A stretch of 64,000 nucleotides of DNA from assembly GCF_009914755.1 (NCBI RefSeq), contig NC_060927.1; one strand, written 5' to 3'. The notes under the pieces are model-generated. The model did no database searches. It was not told where the DNA came from and was given only the letters and a program-made list of their open reading frames with translations. Both the position numbers and the translations under genes were made by a program. Source of the stretch: the human T2T-CHM13v2.0 reference genome, Homo sapiens. Below are positions 1 through 14,052 of this stretch, piece after piece (positions within the stretch are counted from its first letter, which is position 1; the number at the start of each line of letters is the position of its first letter).

Positions 1-139
1 TATTTTAGTTAGGCAAATGTTTTAGGGTTTTGCTTTATACCTTATTATGACAGTCTCTTTTTTTTCATGTGAGAATGCAGTTCTCTCATATTTGGTATCA
101 CAACTATGTAGTTGATTTCATTCTTTTCATGCATTATTT

Positions 140-625
140 ATTTATTCATTTATTCAACAAACAAGTGTTAAGTGACTACTAAGTGTCAAATGTACTAGGG
201 GTTCAGCAATGAACAAAACAGATGAAATCCCAAACTCATGACATTTATATTGAGAGGTTAAAAATACTAAATATAATAAGTAAGTAAAATATTGAGTATA
301 TTCGAAGATGATAAAGTTTATACAGAAAAATAAAATAGGGTAAGGTTACGGGCAATGTTGTGGGGTTACAATTTAAGTAAGGTGGGCAGAGTAAGCCCTC
401 ACAGAGAAAATGACTGTTAAGAATAGAAGGGAGTGAGAAAGTAAGCTGATTGGGCATGTGAGATGATAGTTTTGTAGGCAGAAGGAATGGCCGTTGTGCA
501 AGGTTTTAGTGTGTCTGGCATGTTCAAGGCTATCAAGAAGGCTAATATGGGAAGTTTGACGGAGAAGAAGATGAAAGAAAGAAATGAGGTTAGAGAGAAG
601 CTTGATAATCATTTAAAAGACTTTA
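140..625 (-). mobile_element. L2 LINE 3' fragment
   Basis: Starts TATTCATTTATTCAACAAACAAGTGTTAAGTGACTACTAAGTGTCA, a degenerate reverse complement of the L2 3' end, followed by purine-rich L2-like body. Confidence 0.7.
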
Positions 626-1169
626 ATGATGGTTTTAATTTTTTTAATTTAATCAAATTTATTGAGGTATACATTGATATATAATGAAATGTACACTGAT
701 GAGTTTTCATAGATTTATATAATCTGTAACTACCACTATTATCAAGATATAGAAAATTATCATTACCCAGTAAATTCCTTGTGCCCTTCTTAGTCAATAA
801 TCAGCCCTCATCCCTGACTCCAGGCAACCACTGATCTTCTTTCTGTCACTAATGATTAGATTTGTCTTTCCCAGACTTTCATAAAAATGGAATTATACTG
901 TTTCCTTTGGTGTCTGGCTTCTGTTGCTCAACATAATGTTTTTGAACTCACCCATGTTGTTGTGTCTATCAGTAGTTTGTTTCCTTTTTATTGCTGAATA
1001 ACATTCCATTGTATGAATATACCTCAATTTAATTAGCTACTTACCTGGTGATGGACATTTGGGCAGTTTCTAATTTTTGACTATTATAAATAAAGCTGTC
1101 ATGAACATCCATCTGCAAGTCTTTGTGTGGACATCTGTTTTCATTTGTCTTTCATTCAGGATAAATACT

Positions 1170-1571
1170 TCTATGGCTTGAATGATGGTGTTCCCTCCCA
1201 ATTCATGTTGGCAGTGAATCTCCAATGCAACAGTATTATGAGGTGTGGATTTTGAGAGGTTATTAAGTCATGAGTGTTCTACCCTCATGCATGGAATTCG
1301 CATCCTTATAAAGGGGCTTGAGGTTGAAAGGAGCATTTTTTTAGTCCTTCTGTCCTTTCTGCCATGTGAGGACACAATTTTTGTCCCCTCCAGAGAATAC
1401 AGCACAAGGCGCCATGTTGGAAGCAGAGAACAGCCTGCACCCAACAACAAACTTGCTGGCTTTTTTATCTTGGACTTCCTAGCCTCCAGAACTCTGACAC
1501 AATACATTTCTGTTCTTTATAAATTACCCAGTGTGTGGTGTTTTGTTATAGCAGCACAAGAAGACTGAGAC
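1170..1571 (+). mobile_element. MaLR solo LTR (MST/MLT1A-type)
   Basis: TATGGCTTGAATG...GGACTTCCTAGCCTCCAGAAC...TTATAGCAGCACAAGAAGACTGAGACA terminus; splits the L1M. Confidence 0.85.
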
Positions 1572-1855
1572 ACATATATCTAGGAGTGGAATGGCTGGAT
1601 CATATAGTAAGAGAATGTTTAGCTTTATAAGAGAGAATCAAACTATTTTCCAAGATGATTGAACTACTTTATTTTTCCACCAGCAATGTTGGAGAGTTCC
1701 CATTACTTCATATCCTCATCAACACTTGGTATTGTCAGGCTTCTAAATTTTGGTCATTCTAACAGATGTGGAGTGATATCTCATTATGGTGTTAATGTGC
1801 ATTTCCCTGATAACGCGTGATGTTAACTACCTCTTCATGTGCTTATTACCTATAA

Positions 1856-2244
<389 letters not shown>

Positions 2245-2507
2245 TGTTTGGCTTTTTTAAAAAAATTGAATCGTAAGAATCCTTCCTTTATTAAATTGTA
2301 GGAATCCTTATATATTCTAGACAAAAGTCCTTTGTCTTGTGTGTATGTATACTTAATATATGTACTTATACATATATACTCATACATATATAGTAATAAT
2401 AGTTAACTATACCCAATATCAAAATAAATCAAATAATATGTAACACTATAATAATGTGTAACAGTACATCAATTTTCAAAAAATGCTAACACTTGTTTGG
2501 AGTTGTG

Positions 2508-2803
<296 letters not shown>

Positions 2804-4434
2804 TGGAGCTGTATTTTTAAAATAAACAGTTTAAGGGTCAGGACAATAGAGTGTACGAGGTATAGCACTTTAACACTGAAATTCCGGACAGAAGATTACT
2901 GTGCAGCACTCACTGATGTCTAAATATTTTGTAACTCACCGTGCAGAAGTATTATTGCAAATTCTTTAATTTCAAATTATATCATTAACTCTCCACTGGT
3001 TGCAGACTGAACAGCTTAATTTTACTTGGCACATTTCTTCCATTCCTTTTGGCTTGCTGAAATCACATAGCCTGGTGAACATATTAAACCTATAGATGTT
3101 ACATACTGCTTCACAATTCAGATGGTTATTAACAATCCTTCTCTCAGCTCTTCAGCTCAATTCATCTAGAATTACCCTGATTATCTAGCATGACCTTCTG
3201 AATTCTCATAAGGATGAAGATACATGTCAGGGGATTAAAAAGATGCAGTTTGCAGTTTAGCTTCCTGGTGGCAATAGGAAGATCTATTTTCCCAACAGTT
3301 ACTTAATTCCATCATAATATCTCCTTTACCTATAGGGAGAACAGCAGTATATTTCTTTGTGCTCAGCTTAGCCTGCCAGCTGAGTACTTCTCTTTTTCCT
3401 CCTCTACACCCTCCTTCCTGTGTTTCTCTAGTGTCCAAATACCAGAAACCAACCTTTCTATTTCCTGTGAGTTAGGAAATATTATCACAGCCAGGGTATT
3501 GTTGAGAAATTAAATTTAACAAATAAAAGTGCAGTGAAGTTTTAAATAAAAATCAGGCACATCGCTAGAATTTGCTTTTAACTGCAGACCTTCTAAGAAA
3601 TTATATTTTTACTCCTAGCAAATTACCTAGGAGAAAAAAATGACAAGAGTAATCTATTTTTTTCACAGCTGGTCGGTTGGCCAGAGTTTCTCATCAAGGA
3701 GTACATGCTGTTTGCTCCCCAGATGGACAGCCTGGATGAGCTACAAATCCACAGAGCCTGGGACACAAGGTGGAAATTACACTGCCAGTACTTTTAATCT
3801 TGCACAGCTCTGCACACTTGAAATTGCAAGTGGCCCATTTCCAAATGAGCATCTATTGGGACAATATCCTATATCTTGTCAGAATGAGTCCCATTAAATC
3901 CTCAGCTGGAATTAGACCAAAAACTTGTAATAATTACAGTAAACTTATTAAAAAGTTGAAGCCCTAGACTGTGACAGTGAAAACACTCAAGCGACATTAA
4001 CAGTAATTGAAATTTCTGTGAGTTTTTCTTTTTCAATCAGTCCTTGTTTATGGCTAAGCAAAAACACCCAAATGAGAAGGTGTGAAACCACAACACCCAG
4101 CTTCTCAGGGGGGGAATTGTCTTTTGTTTCATTATAAAACGTAGTGTTAGAATGGAAGTGAATTGCTCATTCTCAGCCTGGGGCACCTGCCAAACCCATG
4201 CCCCCACTCCCAGAAGGAGCTCTAGTCACCATCAGGAATGAATGACCCAGCCTCTCCCCAGTAGTGTGGCCCCCCTTTCCTCTCTCATCTGCTATTCTAC
4301 CTTCAACATTCACTGCCTCCCCTACTAAGTTCTGAGAGTTAAAGACAAGAGTAATAAAGAAATGATTTGGAAACCTGGCCTAGCAAATATTTTGCTAGTA
4401 CATTTCAGAGTTCTTTTCAAAAGTTGAAAATATT

Positions 4435-4776
<342 letters not shown>

Positions 4777-4921
4777 TCACAAAGACGACTTTACTTTCAA
4801 TCTATCTCCAGATGGGAAAGTTTTTAAAAGGAGCTTTATCAAGTTAGGAGACGCTCCCCAGCTCCCCAGCCTGTTTTTCAGGGACTGTACACTGAGCAAG
4901 CAGTACACCTGATTGTGCTTG

Positions 4922-4946
4922 TTTTTTTTTTTTTTTTTTTTTTTTT
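4922..4946. repeat. Poly(T) tract
   Basis: About 25 consecutive T. Confidence 0.95.
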
Positions 4947-5189
4947 GTACTTCTGTATTTCTAGGAGTAATTCTTAGGCAACTGTAGTTTTGTTTTGTTT
5001 TGACTTTTACAACTCAGGATGACATGAAAGACAATTTGGACTCTTGAGAGAGGCACAGTAAAAAAAAAAAAATCTGAAAATATGGGTCATTGGAGGGCAG
5101 GCTATTCTCAATGGCAAGTGTGAATTAGAAGTCGTGTCTGATGAATGTAATCATATCCTTTTTTAAAAAAAATAGAAATTTCTAAGTTC

Positions 5190-5480
5190 AACCAAGTGCT
5201 CCAAGTAGGGGCCAAACCACAGCTGGAGTACCAGGTTGAGTTGTGGGTGTCAGATGGCAGGAGAGACAGAAACAAATTGGAGTAGACCCAGAGTAGAGTG
5301 ACAAGGATGGTGAGGAGGTTCACATCCAAACCTCATGGGCAAGGTCAAAAGAGAGAACTCTTTGGAGACCTCACTTGGCTAAGAGGGAGTCACATTATTC
5401 TGCATGGCTGTAGGGGACAGAGGTGTGACCCAAGGGTGAAAGGTAGGAACACCAAGATAGAGTGTTAAGTCTTTTCTGAC
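5190..5480 (+). mobile_element. L3/CR1 LINE fragment
   Basis: CAGCTGGAGTACCAGGTTGAGTTGTGGG...AAATTGGAGTAGACCCAGAGTAGAGTGACAAGGATGGTGAGG resembles the CR1/L3 RT 3' region. Confidence 0.55.
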
Positions 5481-6744
5481 TGAGGACGAACTGTGCTGGA
5501 GAGGCTGACTGCATGGCTGTCTTCGCAATTTCACTTAGACCTGACCCTAAGTGAAGAAAGGAAGGAGAGGAAAAATGAGCCGTCAAAGATCAGAGTGCAT
5601 TCCATTTCTGTGGAGGTGTCCAGGGAAGGGCTGGGCATTAAATGGAGTTATTGTGGCAGGGACTTACTCATGCCTGAACAATTGAAGAATAACTCTAGGT
5701 CCCTCCCAATTCAAATGTTGTGTGGTTTTATGGGACTGGATTTATTTCTTCAAGAGGATGAGACATATTTTGTCATTAGCGTCCAAACGAATGCCAGTAC
5801 TCCATAGGAAAATCATTTTTCTTAAATATTTCACAGATTCTACTGTTACGATCTTTACAACCCTTTTCTTCTTAGATATTATGATGTAAACCTCATTCTA
5901 GTCAAATTTAAATGTATCAGGGATTCTGCGGTAGCTAAAATTTAATGAATTTGCTTTTGAAATGAGAAAAGGGATGATGATGATGATAATGATCATCGCC
6001 ACTTTAAACACTTGTTTAAGAGTAAGATGTCATATTTTAAAGGGTTTAAACCATCTATAGAATGGATTCAGAATTGCCTATGCAGCATTTGTATTCTAAA
6101 TATTCTGTGTTGTGAGAGGATAGTTATGGTGTCACTAGAGTTTTCATAACTTAAAATAGCCTCCTGACATGAGATGATTTTAGGCTCTAGAACAGAATTA
6201 GCATCTTTACCTGTTAGGTAATACATTATTTTTTGATTATTAAGTGATAGCTCTAATGAAAAGGCACTTCAGGGCCCCGGAATAGGTTCTTACTCAAATG
6301 CTGATGCGAGGTGCAGTGAGAAAGTATTGAGTGACAACATAGAACACGTTAGCTCTATTTTTATTCAAGCCCATAGCGGTGAAATCCTTCCTTGCACAGT
6401 GGACCAGTGTATCCTGGCCCAATTGCCTGCTCGGGAGGACAGTAAACCTAACAGAATCAGAGGACAGATAATTGAGGACAATTTAATCCTGCCTCCCAGG
6501 GTAGGTAGGGCAAAGAAAGCCCAGAAAGCGGTGAAAATGGCAGAAGGGTGGAGAAGAGAATTCCAGGGCAGCAGGATACACCACTACTTGTTGCTAGATA
6601 GCATTTAACTTACACATAATAAATCAACTTTCCTCCGTGGCTGTCTCCCTGTCAGCCCATGTGATCTCTTATTTGGCTTTTGCATGCATCTTGCCAGACC
6701 CTAGGGTGTAATCGTTTTTCCTAGTTTCTTAGGGGATAAAACAA

Positions 6745-6755
6745 CAAAATGGCGG
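6745..6755 (+). promoter_or_regulatory. YY1-type motif CAAAATGGCGG
   Basis: Matches AA(A/G)ATGGCGG with an intact CpG, in non-repeat sequence. Confidence 0.35.
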
Positions 6756-7464
6756 TGCCTGAGATGCATTTTCTCCTGCTTTCAGCACAATTATCCCAGA
6801 GTCCGCTTGGCCCTTAACCTGATTTCCTGCCCAAACCCCTCAGCCAGGACCAAGAAAAGGACTTCCTTCACTTGCCTGGGTGCCCTTGGCCTTGCCTGAT
6901 AGCCTTTGTCGATTTCAGTGGGGATGAGCTCCGATTTGGGAGGATTTGCCTTAAGTCTTGAGTGCCCTCAGAATCTGCTTTGTTCCCCAGAGCAATCTTG
7001 GGGGAGCCTCACTTACCCAGGGAATGTAAATGCTGGAAAAAAAGTTTGAGGGCAAACTTCCAGATTCAGAGGGAGGGTCAGCATCCCCAGGACAATGCTG
7101 CCCCATCCAGTTTCACTCTCTTCCAGCTGACTGCTCAATGGACCCCAACTTCCTTTTCTTCTGTGCCAACCCCCACTGGCTAATGAGCAACCCAGGACTT
7201 GCACCCAGTTCCATTCCCCACAAAGGGCCTTCCGGTGGAGCCTCCTTCTGGCCTCCTCTGCACTTCCACATCTCCCTCTCTTTCCTCCACTGAACTCTAT
7301 CTCTGTTTTGCTCACAATCTGAGAGCCTGTTTGGTGATCACAAACGGATCTGCTTGCCAGAAAATACAGTGGGAAACGTGGAGCTAAAAATCATTCTGTG
7401 CAAGTGGATTAAGTAGTGTACACTAATATACAATAGATAAACCCCCTTTTAAAAGAATAAAACA

Positions 7465-7895
7465 GCTGCTATAACAATTTACCACAAATGTAGTGGTTTA
7501 AAACAATACACCGAGTTCTGGAGGCCAGAAGTCTAAAATCAAAGTGTTGGCAGAGTTGTGTTCCTTTTGGAGGCTGCAGAGGAAGACCTATTTCCAACCC
7601 TCTTTTATCTTCTAGAGGCTGGCTGCCTGCCTTGGCTTGCGGACCCTTCCTTGTGTCACTCCACCCTCGTGTCTGTCCTCACATCTCCTACTGTGCACTC
7701 TGATCTGTCTCCTCCTGTGAGGACCTTAATGAAGTAAGGGGACTTCATACTAGCCCTTGTGGGGGGCTAACCTCCTGGCCACAAAATCCTTAACTTGATA
7801 TCTGCATAGTTCTTTTGGTTACAGAAGTTAACTCATTCATAGATTCCAGAGACAGGATATGGACATCTTTGGGAGCTGTTATTCAGCCTACTACA
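7465..7895 (-). mobile_element. MLT1 (C/D-like) MaLR LTR
   Basis: GCTGCTATAACAATTTACCACAAA...TTCTGGAGGCCAGAAGTCTAAAATCAAAGTGTTGGCAG...ATTCAGCCTACTACA. Confidence 0.85.
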
Positions 7896-8835
7896 AGTAC
7901 TATTCAGGGTAGATACTTCTTAAATCAGTGTTTCTGGAAGCTGACTAATATATAGACCCCCTTTCAAAACAATAGAATTTTATAGAACACCCTCCATACT
8001 GACTTATGTTTATTAAATTGTTATGTACATATAAGCATTAAACTGCATATAAACTCCTCATGTTTGTAACTCTTATACAACAATAAAACTAAAACAAGTT
8101 TACCACTTAAATACAAACAAGCCATAAAATGAACAAAATTTAAATTAAGTACATTTATTTAATGTGACTGAGGATGTGGTTTTATTGAAAATGGAAATGA
8201 TCAGAAAATATAAGTAGGGTGCTGACCATAGGGGTTCAGTTTCTTCTGAGTTTAACACGCCTATGCTATTGTCTGTTATGTAAGAACTCAATTCATCCTT
8301 CTTTCCCCTTCCAAATAGTGATAAAATTTTTGTACAGATAGGATGCTCTGACATAATTTGGCTTTTACTTGCCTTGAAATCTTGCTAATTTCACATCTTT
8401 TCTCATTTGTTTAAGACAGTGAAAATGTTACTACTTGGTCCCAATGCAGATACTGACTCTGAATTCACATAGCAGGACTTAACTAGAAAATGGTCATCTG
8501 GGTGATTACAGAATATGCTTTTTTTAAAGAAAGATTATTTTTAAATAAAAAATGCAATTATAATTCTTGCAGAGAATTTATTAGAGAAACTGACTTATCT
8601 CTGACTTTAATAGTAGAAATAACAAGAAGTGTAGGAAATATTTTTTATTGAGAATATTCTTTCAGGTTAATCTTATGTCACTTAGGTTTTAATTTTTAAA
8701 AATCTATGTGAGTTATACCAAAGCTCCTTAAAGAGGCAGTTTAGAATTCTGCTCTTTCAATAGTCTGTTACGATATACTTGATGGGAAAAAAATTGGAAA
8801 GGAGAGAGCAAGAGAGAAAGAAAGAGTAATGGGTT

Positions 8836-9110
8836 TGGCTCACTCCTGTAATCCCAGAACTTTGGGAGGCCGAGGTGGGTAGATCACCTGAGACCAGCCT
8901 GGCCAATAGGGCAAAACCTCATCTCTACTAAAAATACAAAAATTAGCTGGGCATGGGGGCACAAGCCTCTAATCCCAACTACTTGGGAGGCTGAGGCAGG
9001 GGAATTGCTGGAACCCAGGAGGCAGAGGTTGTGGGAAGCTGAGATTACACCACTGCATTCCAGCCTGGGCGACAGAGCAAGATTCCATCTTAAAAAAAAA
9101 AAAAAAAAAA
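8836..9110 (+). mobile_element. AluS, slightly 5'-truncated, with a short deletion in the left arm
   Basis: GATCACCTGAG joined directly to ACCAGCCTGGCC; A19 tail; TSD AAAGAGTAATGGGT/AAAGGGAATGGGT. Confidence 0.93.
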
Positions 9111-10508
9111 GGGAATGGGTAAGGGAATGAGTGAATAAGAGGTTATAAACATATGAAAAAGCTGATTTAAATTATGGTAAAGAGTTTGACTATTGGGTTC
9201 CATAGTCACTCTGGAATGGATAAAATGCGAATGTATACACAGTCTGGAGAAGGCATGGGCTCCTGATCTTGCTGTAGTTCCTTCTGCAGTCTAACCCTCA
9301 CCAATCTATTATTTATTCAGTTTTATCCTGTCAGTGAAGTGTGGTAGGAAATGATTGCAGGACTTCTCTGAACTCAAGTCATCCTGTTTATTGAGCTTCT
9401 TGTTCTGCAAACATTAGTCACAACCTTGTCTGCTCTCTTCTGAGGAAATGCTAGTTTTCAGTGGGATTGGTGCAGGTGTCAGAAATTCTGGGCAGGGAAA
9501 CATGCATGCACACCCCCATTCTAGTTCTGCTGAAATTCATTAGCTTATATATTTATTCTTTTGTTTTGTAAAAAAAAAAAAAAAAAAAAGGACAAGTTTA
9601 GCAAGTGTACATTTCCACTAATATTTCTTTCCTCTTCCTTTGACTAGCCATAAAAGCTGCTACTGTCGTTCACACTAGAAATAATTTTATGTTCTCTTTC
9701 TGAATCAAAACAATGACTTTTATAATAGAGGAGAGAAATGTTTTAAAAATCAGCAAGGCATATACAATTTTTTCCTTGAATTTCAATTTGTCAAGCTAAT
9801 ATATACTATAATTACGTGTGGAAGATTTATCAAAAGTCCTAATCTCATCAAAATCCTATATGTTGTGCAGAATTTCCTGAATTTACCTTCTATTGATAAA
9901 TTCACTCACTTTCATTTCTTTTATGTTCTCAACTCCATGTTTCTGAAGGGCATATGACATTCGTTTTCTGAAGTTGTTTATCCTGATCATTACAATATAG
10001 CTACAGCTGAAAGACCTTGTTTGCATATAAGTGAGAACATGATTAATATTTAGTGAACGAATGGATGAGTGAGAGAATAATGCTAAAAAGTTGATTTTGT
10101 TGATTTTAATTTAATGAATTACTTTGATGCCATCATATGATTTTATTATAAGTATATTCTATTGGAAACCAAGAAAAGATTATAAAGAGATGGGATGGGA
10201 TGAGGATGTGGTGTGGGAAGAATATGTTTGATTTTTTGGTGCAAGTTCAGAGAGATTTTTTAAAACATGGTAAATAATATTTAAAAAATTTTAGTCACTA
10301 TGCAGGCCTGATTATTTTTACATTTAGTTTTTATATTTGCTTCAGATCTTTGATTTTTGAGCAAAAAATGAAAATAAAATCATTTCTTATTTCTCCATGC
10401 CCAGGCCAAAACTCTTTTCCCACAATCCAAAAGTAGCCATGGTTGTGGATTTGATGCAAATCCTTCTAGTTTATTCTTTTAAGCTTTGGCACCCATAGCT
10501 ATAGTATT

Positions 10509-10879
10509 TGTATTAGTCTGTTCTCACAATGCTAATAAAGACATGCCTGAAACTGGGTAATTTATAAAGAAAAGAGGTTTAACTGACTCACAGTTCCACA
10601 GGGCTGGAGAGGCCTCAGGAAACTTACAATCATGGCAGAAGGGGAAGCAAACATGTCCTTCTTCACATGGAGGCAGCAAGGAGAAGTGCTGAGCAAAATG
10701 GGGAAAAGCCCCTTTTAAAACCATCAGATCTCATGAGAACTCACTATCACAAGAACAGGTTGGGGAAAACTGCCCCAGTAATTCAATTATCTCCACCTGG
10801 TCCCTCCCACAACATGTGGGGATTATGGGAACTACAAGTGAAGATGAGATTTGGGTGCGGACACAGCCAAACAATATCA
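10509..10879 (-). mobile_element. THE1 (C/D-like) solo LTR
   Basis: TGTATTAGTCTGTTCTCAC...ACACAGCCAAACAATATCA; 5-bp TSD GTATT/GTGTT. Confidence 0.93.
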
Positions 10880-11199
10880 GTGTTATTTTACAGTGTGGAT
10901 TTTTAATGTACGTACATGTTAGCATGATATGCTTCATAGGAGGGTTATGGTTTCCCCTCCTTTTTCTCCTCTTTTTCTGTTTTTACTTCTGTTCTAATTT
11001 CCTAACCCCCTATCTTTGGTATATTGTACAGATAGCCCCTTTAAGTCAAGAAATCATATTTTTCAGGATTTAGTATTTTCCACAAAAGGGTGGGGGGCCT
11101 GGGGAAGGGAGATATTTACTCAAACTCCCACCAGCTGAAACCAATCCCTGTTAAGGTTTTGTTTCAGTTGCTAGAGCCCACATCTCACACCACTCCATT

Positions 11200-12552
11200 T
11201 CCTACCTCTTCCTGGTGAAAATCCCCAGAAGAGCCGTCTACACTCACTCTCTGCTGTCCCTCTGCCCCCATCCTCCCTTCAGTCCTCTTCAGTCAGGGCT
11301 TCTTCTCCACCATGCCATCTGGGTCCTCACATCCAATGACAGTTTTCAGTGTTCTTCCTACTTGCCTTTTTAGGAGCCTTATTAGGACACCCACACCTTG
11401 GGGTCACCCTGGACTCCTCTCCCTCACATTCCACATTCTTCACCAAACCACATCAGCTCCACCTGCAAAATACGCCCAGAATCTGACCCTTCTCATCCCA
11501 TGTTCTACTACCATCCAGGTCCAAGGCATCCCACTGTTGACTGAGATGATTGCAGTAACCTCCTAACTGCTCTTTTGCTTCCATCCCTGCTATTGTCTCA
11601 ACGTTTACATTCCCCAAAAATTCCCATATTGAAACCTTCACTCCCAAGGTGATGGTATTAGGAGGCGGGGCCTTTGCCAGTTAATTAGGTCATGGTGATG
11701 AAGTCCCATGAATGGGATTAGTTTCCCTATAAAAGAGACCCCAGAGAGATCCCTCACTCCTTCTGCCTTGTGAGGTCAGTGAGAAAATGGCCGTCTATAA
11801 GGATCCAGGCCCTCACCAGACACCAAATCTGCTGGTGTCTTGATCTTGGACTTCCCAGCCTCTAGACAATGAGAAATGAATTATGTTGTTTATAAGCCAC
11901 CAGTCTATGATATTTTGTTATAGCTGCTTGAAAGGACGAAGACAAGTCCTTACCCCTTTCCAGCATATTCCCAACATAGTAGCCAGAGTGACTCAATCTT
12001 AAAACAGGTCACATCCACATTTGTTCAACAAACTGCCCACAGCCTTCCAAGAAAGCCCTAAGTGATTAAATAATGATTTCCATGAACTGGTGTGATCTGG
12101 CCATTTGCTACCTCACTTTGACCTCACTGCCACTTTCCCTCATTTACTCTGTTCTGGCCACTCTGGCCCCTTTGCTCTCTCTTGAATATACCAAGCACTC
12201 TCCTGCCCACCAAAGCCTTTACTGTTTGCTGTTCTCTCTGCCAAAGCTTTTCTCTAATCATCAGTATGGCTCCCCACCTTACTTTCTTCTGTTCTGTTAG
12301 CAGTGAGTCTTGCCTTCTGTGCTGGGAGTTCCTGGAGTGCTTCTCCCTGTCCTGCTCTGTTTTTCTCCATGGCACGTATCACTGTGTAACATACTTCATG
12401 TTTACATGCTCATTTGTTTATTTTCTATAGCCTGTCTCTAGAATCTAAGCTCCGTGAAGCAGGGAACTTATTTTTCTACTGTTATGTCCCACGTCCAGAA
12501 TTATGAAATGGACCCAGTAAGAATTTGTGGTTATGAATAAATAAATGAATGA
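11200..12552 (+). mobile_element. L2 LINE 3' part, interrupted by MLT1A
   Basis: Pyrimidine-rich L2 body, CTAGAATCTAAGCTCCGTGAAGCAGGG, ending AATAAATAAATGAATGA. Confidence 0.7.
11588..11944 (+). mobile_element. MLT1A/A0 solo LTR
   Basis: TGCTAT...GTGATGGTATTAGGAGGCGGGGCCTTTG...CCCTCACCAGACACCAAATCTGCTGG...GGACGAAGACA. Confidence 0.88.
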
Positions 12553-13876
12553 CTCTAGTATTCTTTATATTATATATCCAATTCACTTTTAATAAAATGG
12601 CATCATATAAACATAGCTTGCTTTTTAAAACCTAATAAATTGTCAACAATTTCCCATATCAAAAATATTATTCTATAACATTTTGCATAATGACTTCTCG
12701 ATATTCTATTTTAGAGATGCACAATAATTCATTTAATTCTCTAATGCCCCTTTTGATGGTGTGCAAAATTTTTATAACAAAGATGACCACTTGAACGCAC
12801 ATCCCTTTCTGATGCACTCTCTCTTTCATTCTGTGGACTAACACTGCAACTGGAAAGCTGGCAGGCCTGGAGCTCTGCTGGCACGTACAAACTTGTGGCA
12901 TTGTCTCTGGGCCTTTGGATTCCTTGCTTTATAAACTTCCCATAGCTACCCAAATGTTGCGCCTCTGGTTTCCTTTCCTTTTCCAAACCACCATCCAGTT
13001 TTGTTGAGTACTGCATTTCAATACTTCGCCTAATAGGACGTGCATCCTGGGCTGAAACTGCAAACTTTTTTCCCTTAGGAGATTTTGGTTGATAATATAG
13101 GAATATAGCTTATTTTATTTTGCTAATTTTATGGAAGCTCCTGCCTATGACTTAATCTTTAGCACCTCTCAAATCAATTGATCAGAGGCAATTTAGAGAA
13201 AACATCTGTTTTCATTTCCTACCTAGTGACCAATAAGTGACTGTTTAGGAATAACTAAGTGTTCTCACTTTTAGCATGCAACAAGAACTGCGTGCCTCAG
13301 TTACTAGCATAGGAACTTGCTGTGTCCTGAGGGGAAATGTTTTTCTCTGTAGGAGGATAAGCTCCTTAGTAGCATGAACCTGAGCATAAATCAGAGCTTC
13401 ATTAGCTTCAGGGACTATCCTTTTCGTCATCTAGAGAAATACACTTTTTAATTTGCTTGCCACTAAAAGTTTAAAGAGATCCCAATTATTTTTATTTATT
13501 CATCCAAGTCAGCTAGCCTAAGATGGCCTTACTCAAAGTCTCAGAATAAAATAAAAAAAAATTACAGGAATAAAAGCTGCTGTACAGTTTCCTAGGAAAG
13601 GTAGGTTATCTTTATCTGTAAAACATACTCAATTTAACTATTACATATGATTGACATTATGGTAATACTTAACTATTTTTATAAAAGTCTTCAGTATGCT
13701 CTGTCATTTGACCTTGCAGCCGGAATATCTTTATTTTATTGGACATTGGAGAGGAAGTTCTTAGAAAGGGCAGTGTTTTGTCTGTTGTCATAGAGTTAAT
13801 CAGTGGTGAAGCCAGAATTTGAATCCCAGCCACAGACCTGTTTCTTATCACGAAGTCGAGGTGCTTGGCACTATCC

Positions 13877-14052
13877 AGTGTTCTGTACCCTCCTGCATAT
13901 TTGAATTACCTGGGGAGATTTTTAAAAATACAAATTCCTGGACTCATCTCTCTCAGACATTCTGAGTCCTTAGGTCTGGGGCAGGGCCAGGAATCATTTT
14001 TTTAAAAGCTCCCTGGGTGATTCTACCATGCAGCTTAGGGGTTCTCCATTGC
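13877..14052. mobile_element. MER5A-type hAT-Charlie MITE, preceded by a MIR fragment at ~13760-13870
   Basis: GAATTACCTGGGGAGATTTTTAAAAATAC...TAGGTCTGGGGCAGGGCCAGGAATC...AAGCTCCCTGGGTGATTCTA. Confidence 0.75.

Noticed and set aside
7920-8760. Possible degraded hAT/Charlie transposon
   Set aside because: Only vague similarity; cannot support a call without an HMM search
9570-9589. Orphan poly(A), and poly(T) at 4922, as ultra-truncated retro-insertions
   Set aside because: No convincing TSD; simple mononucleotide runs
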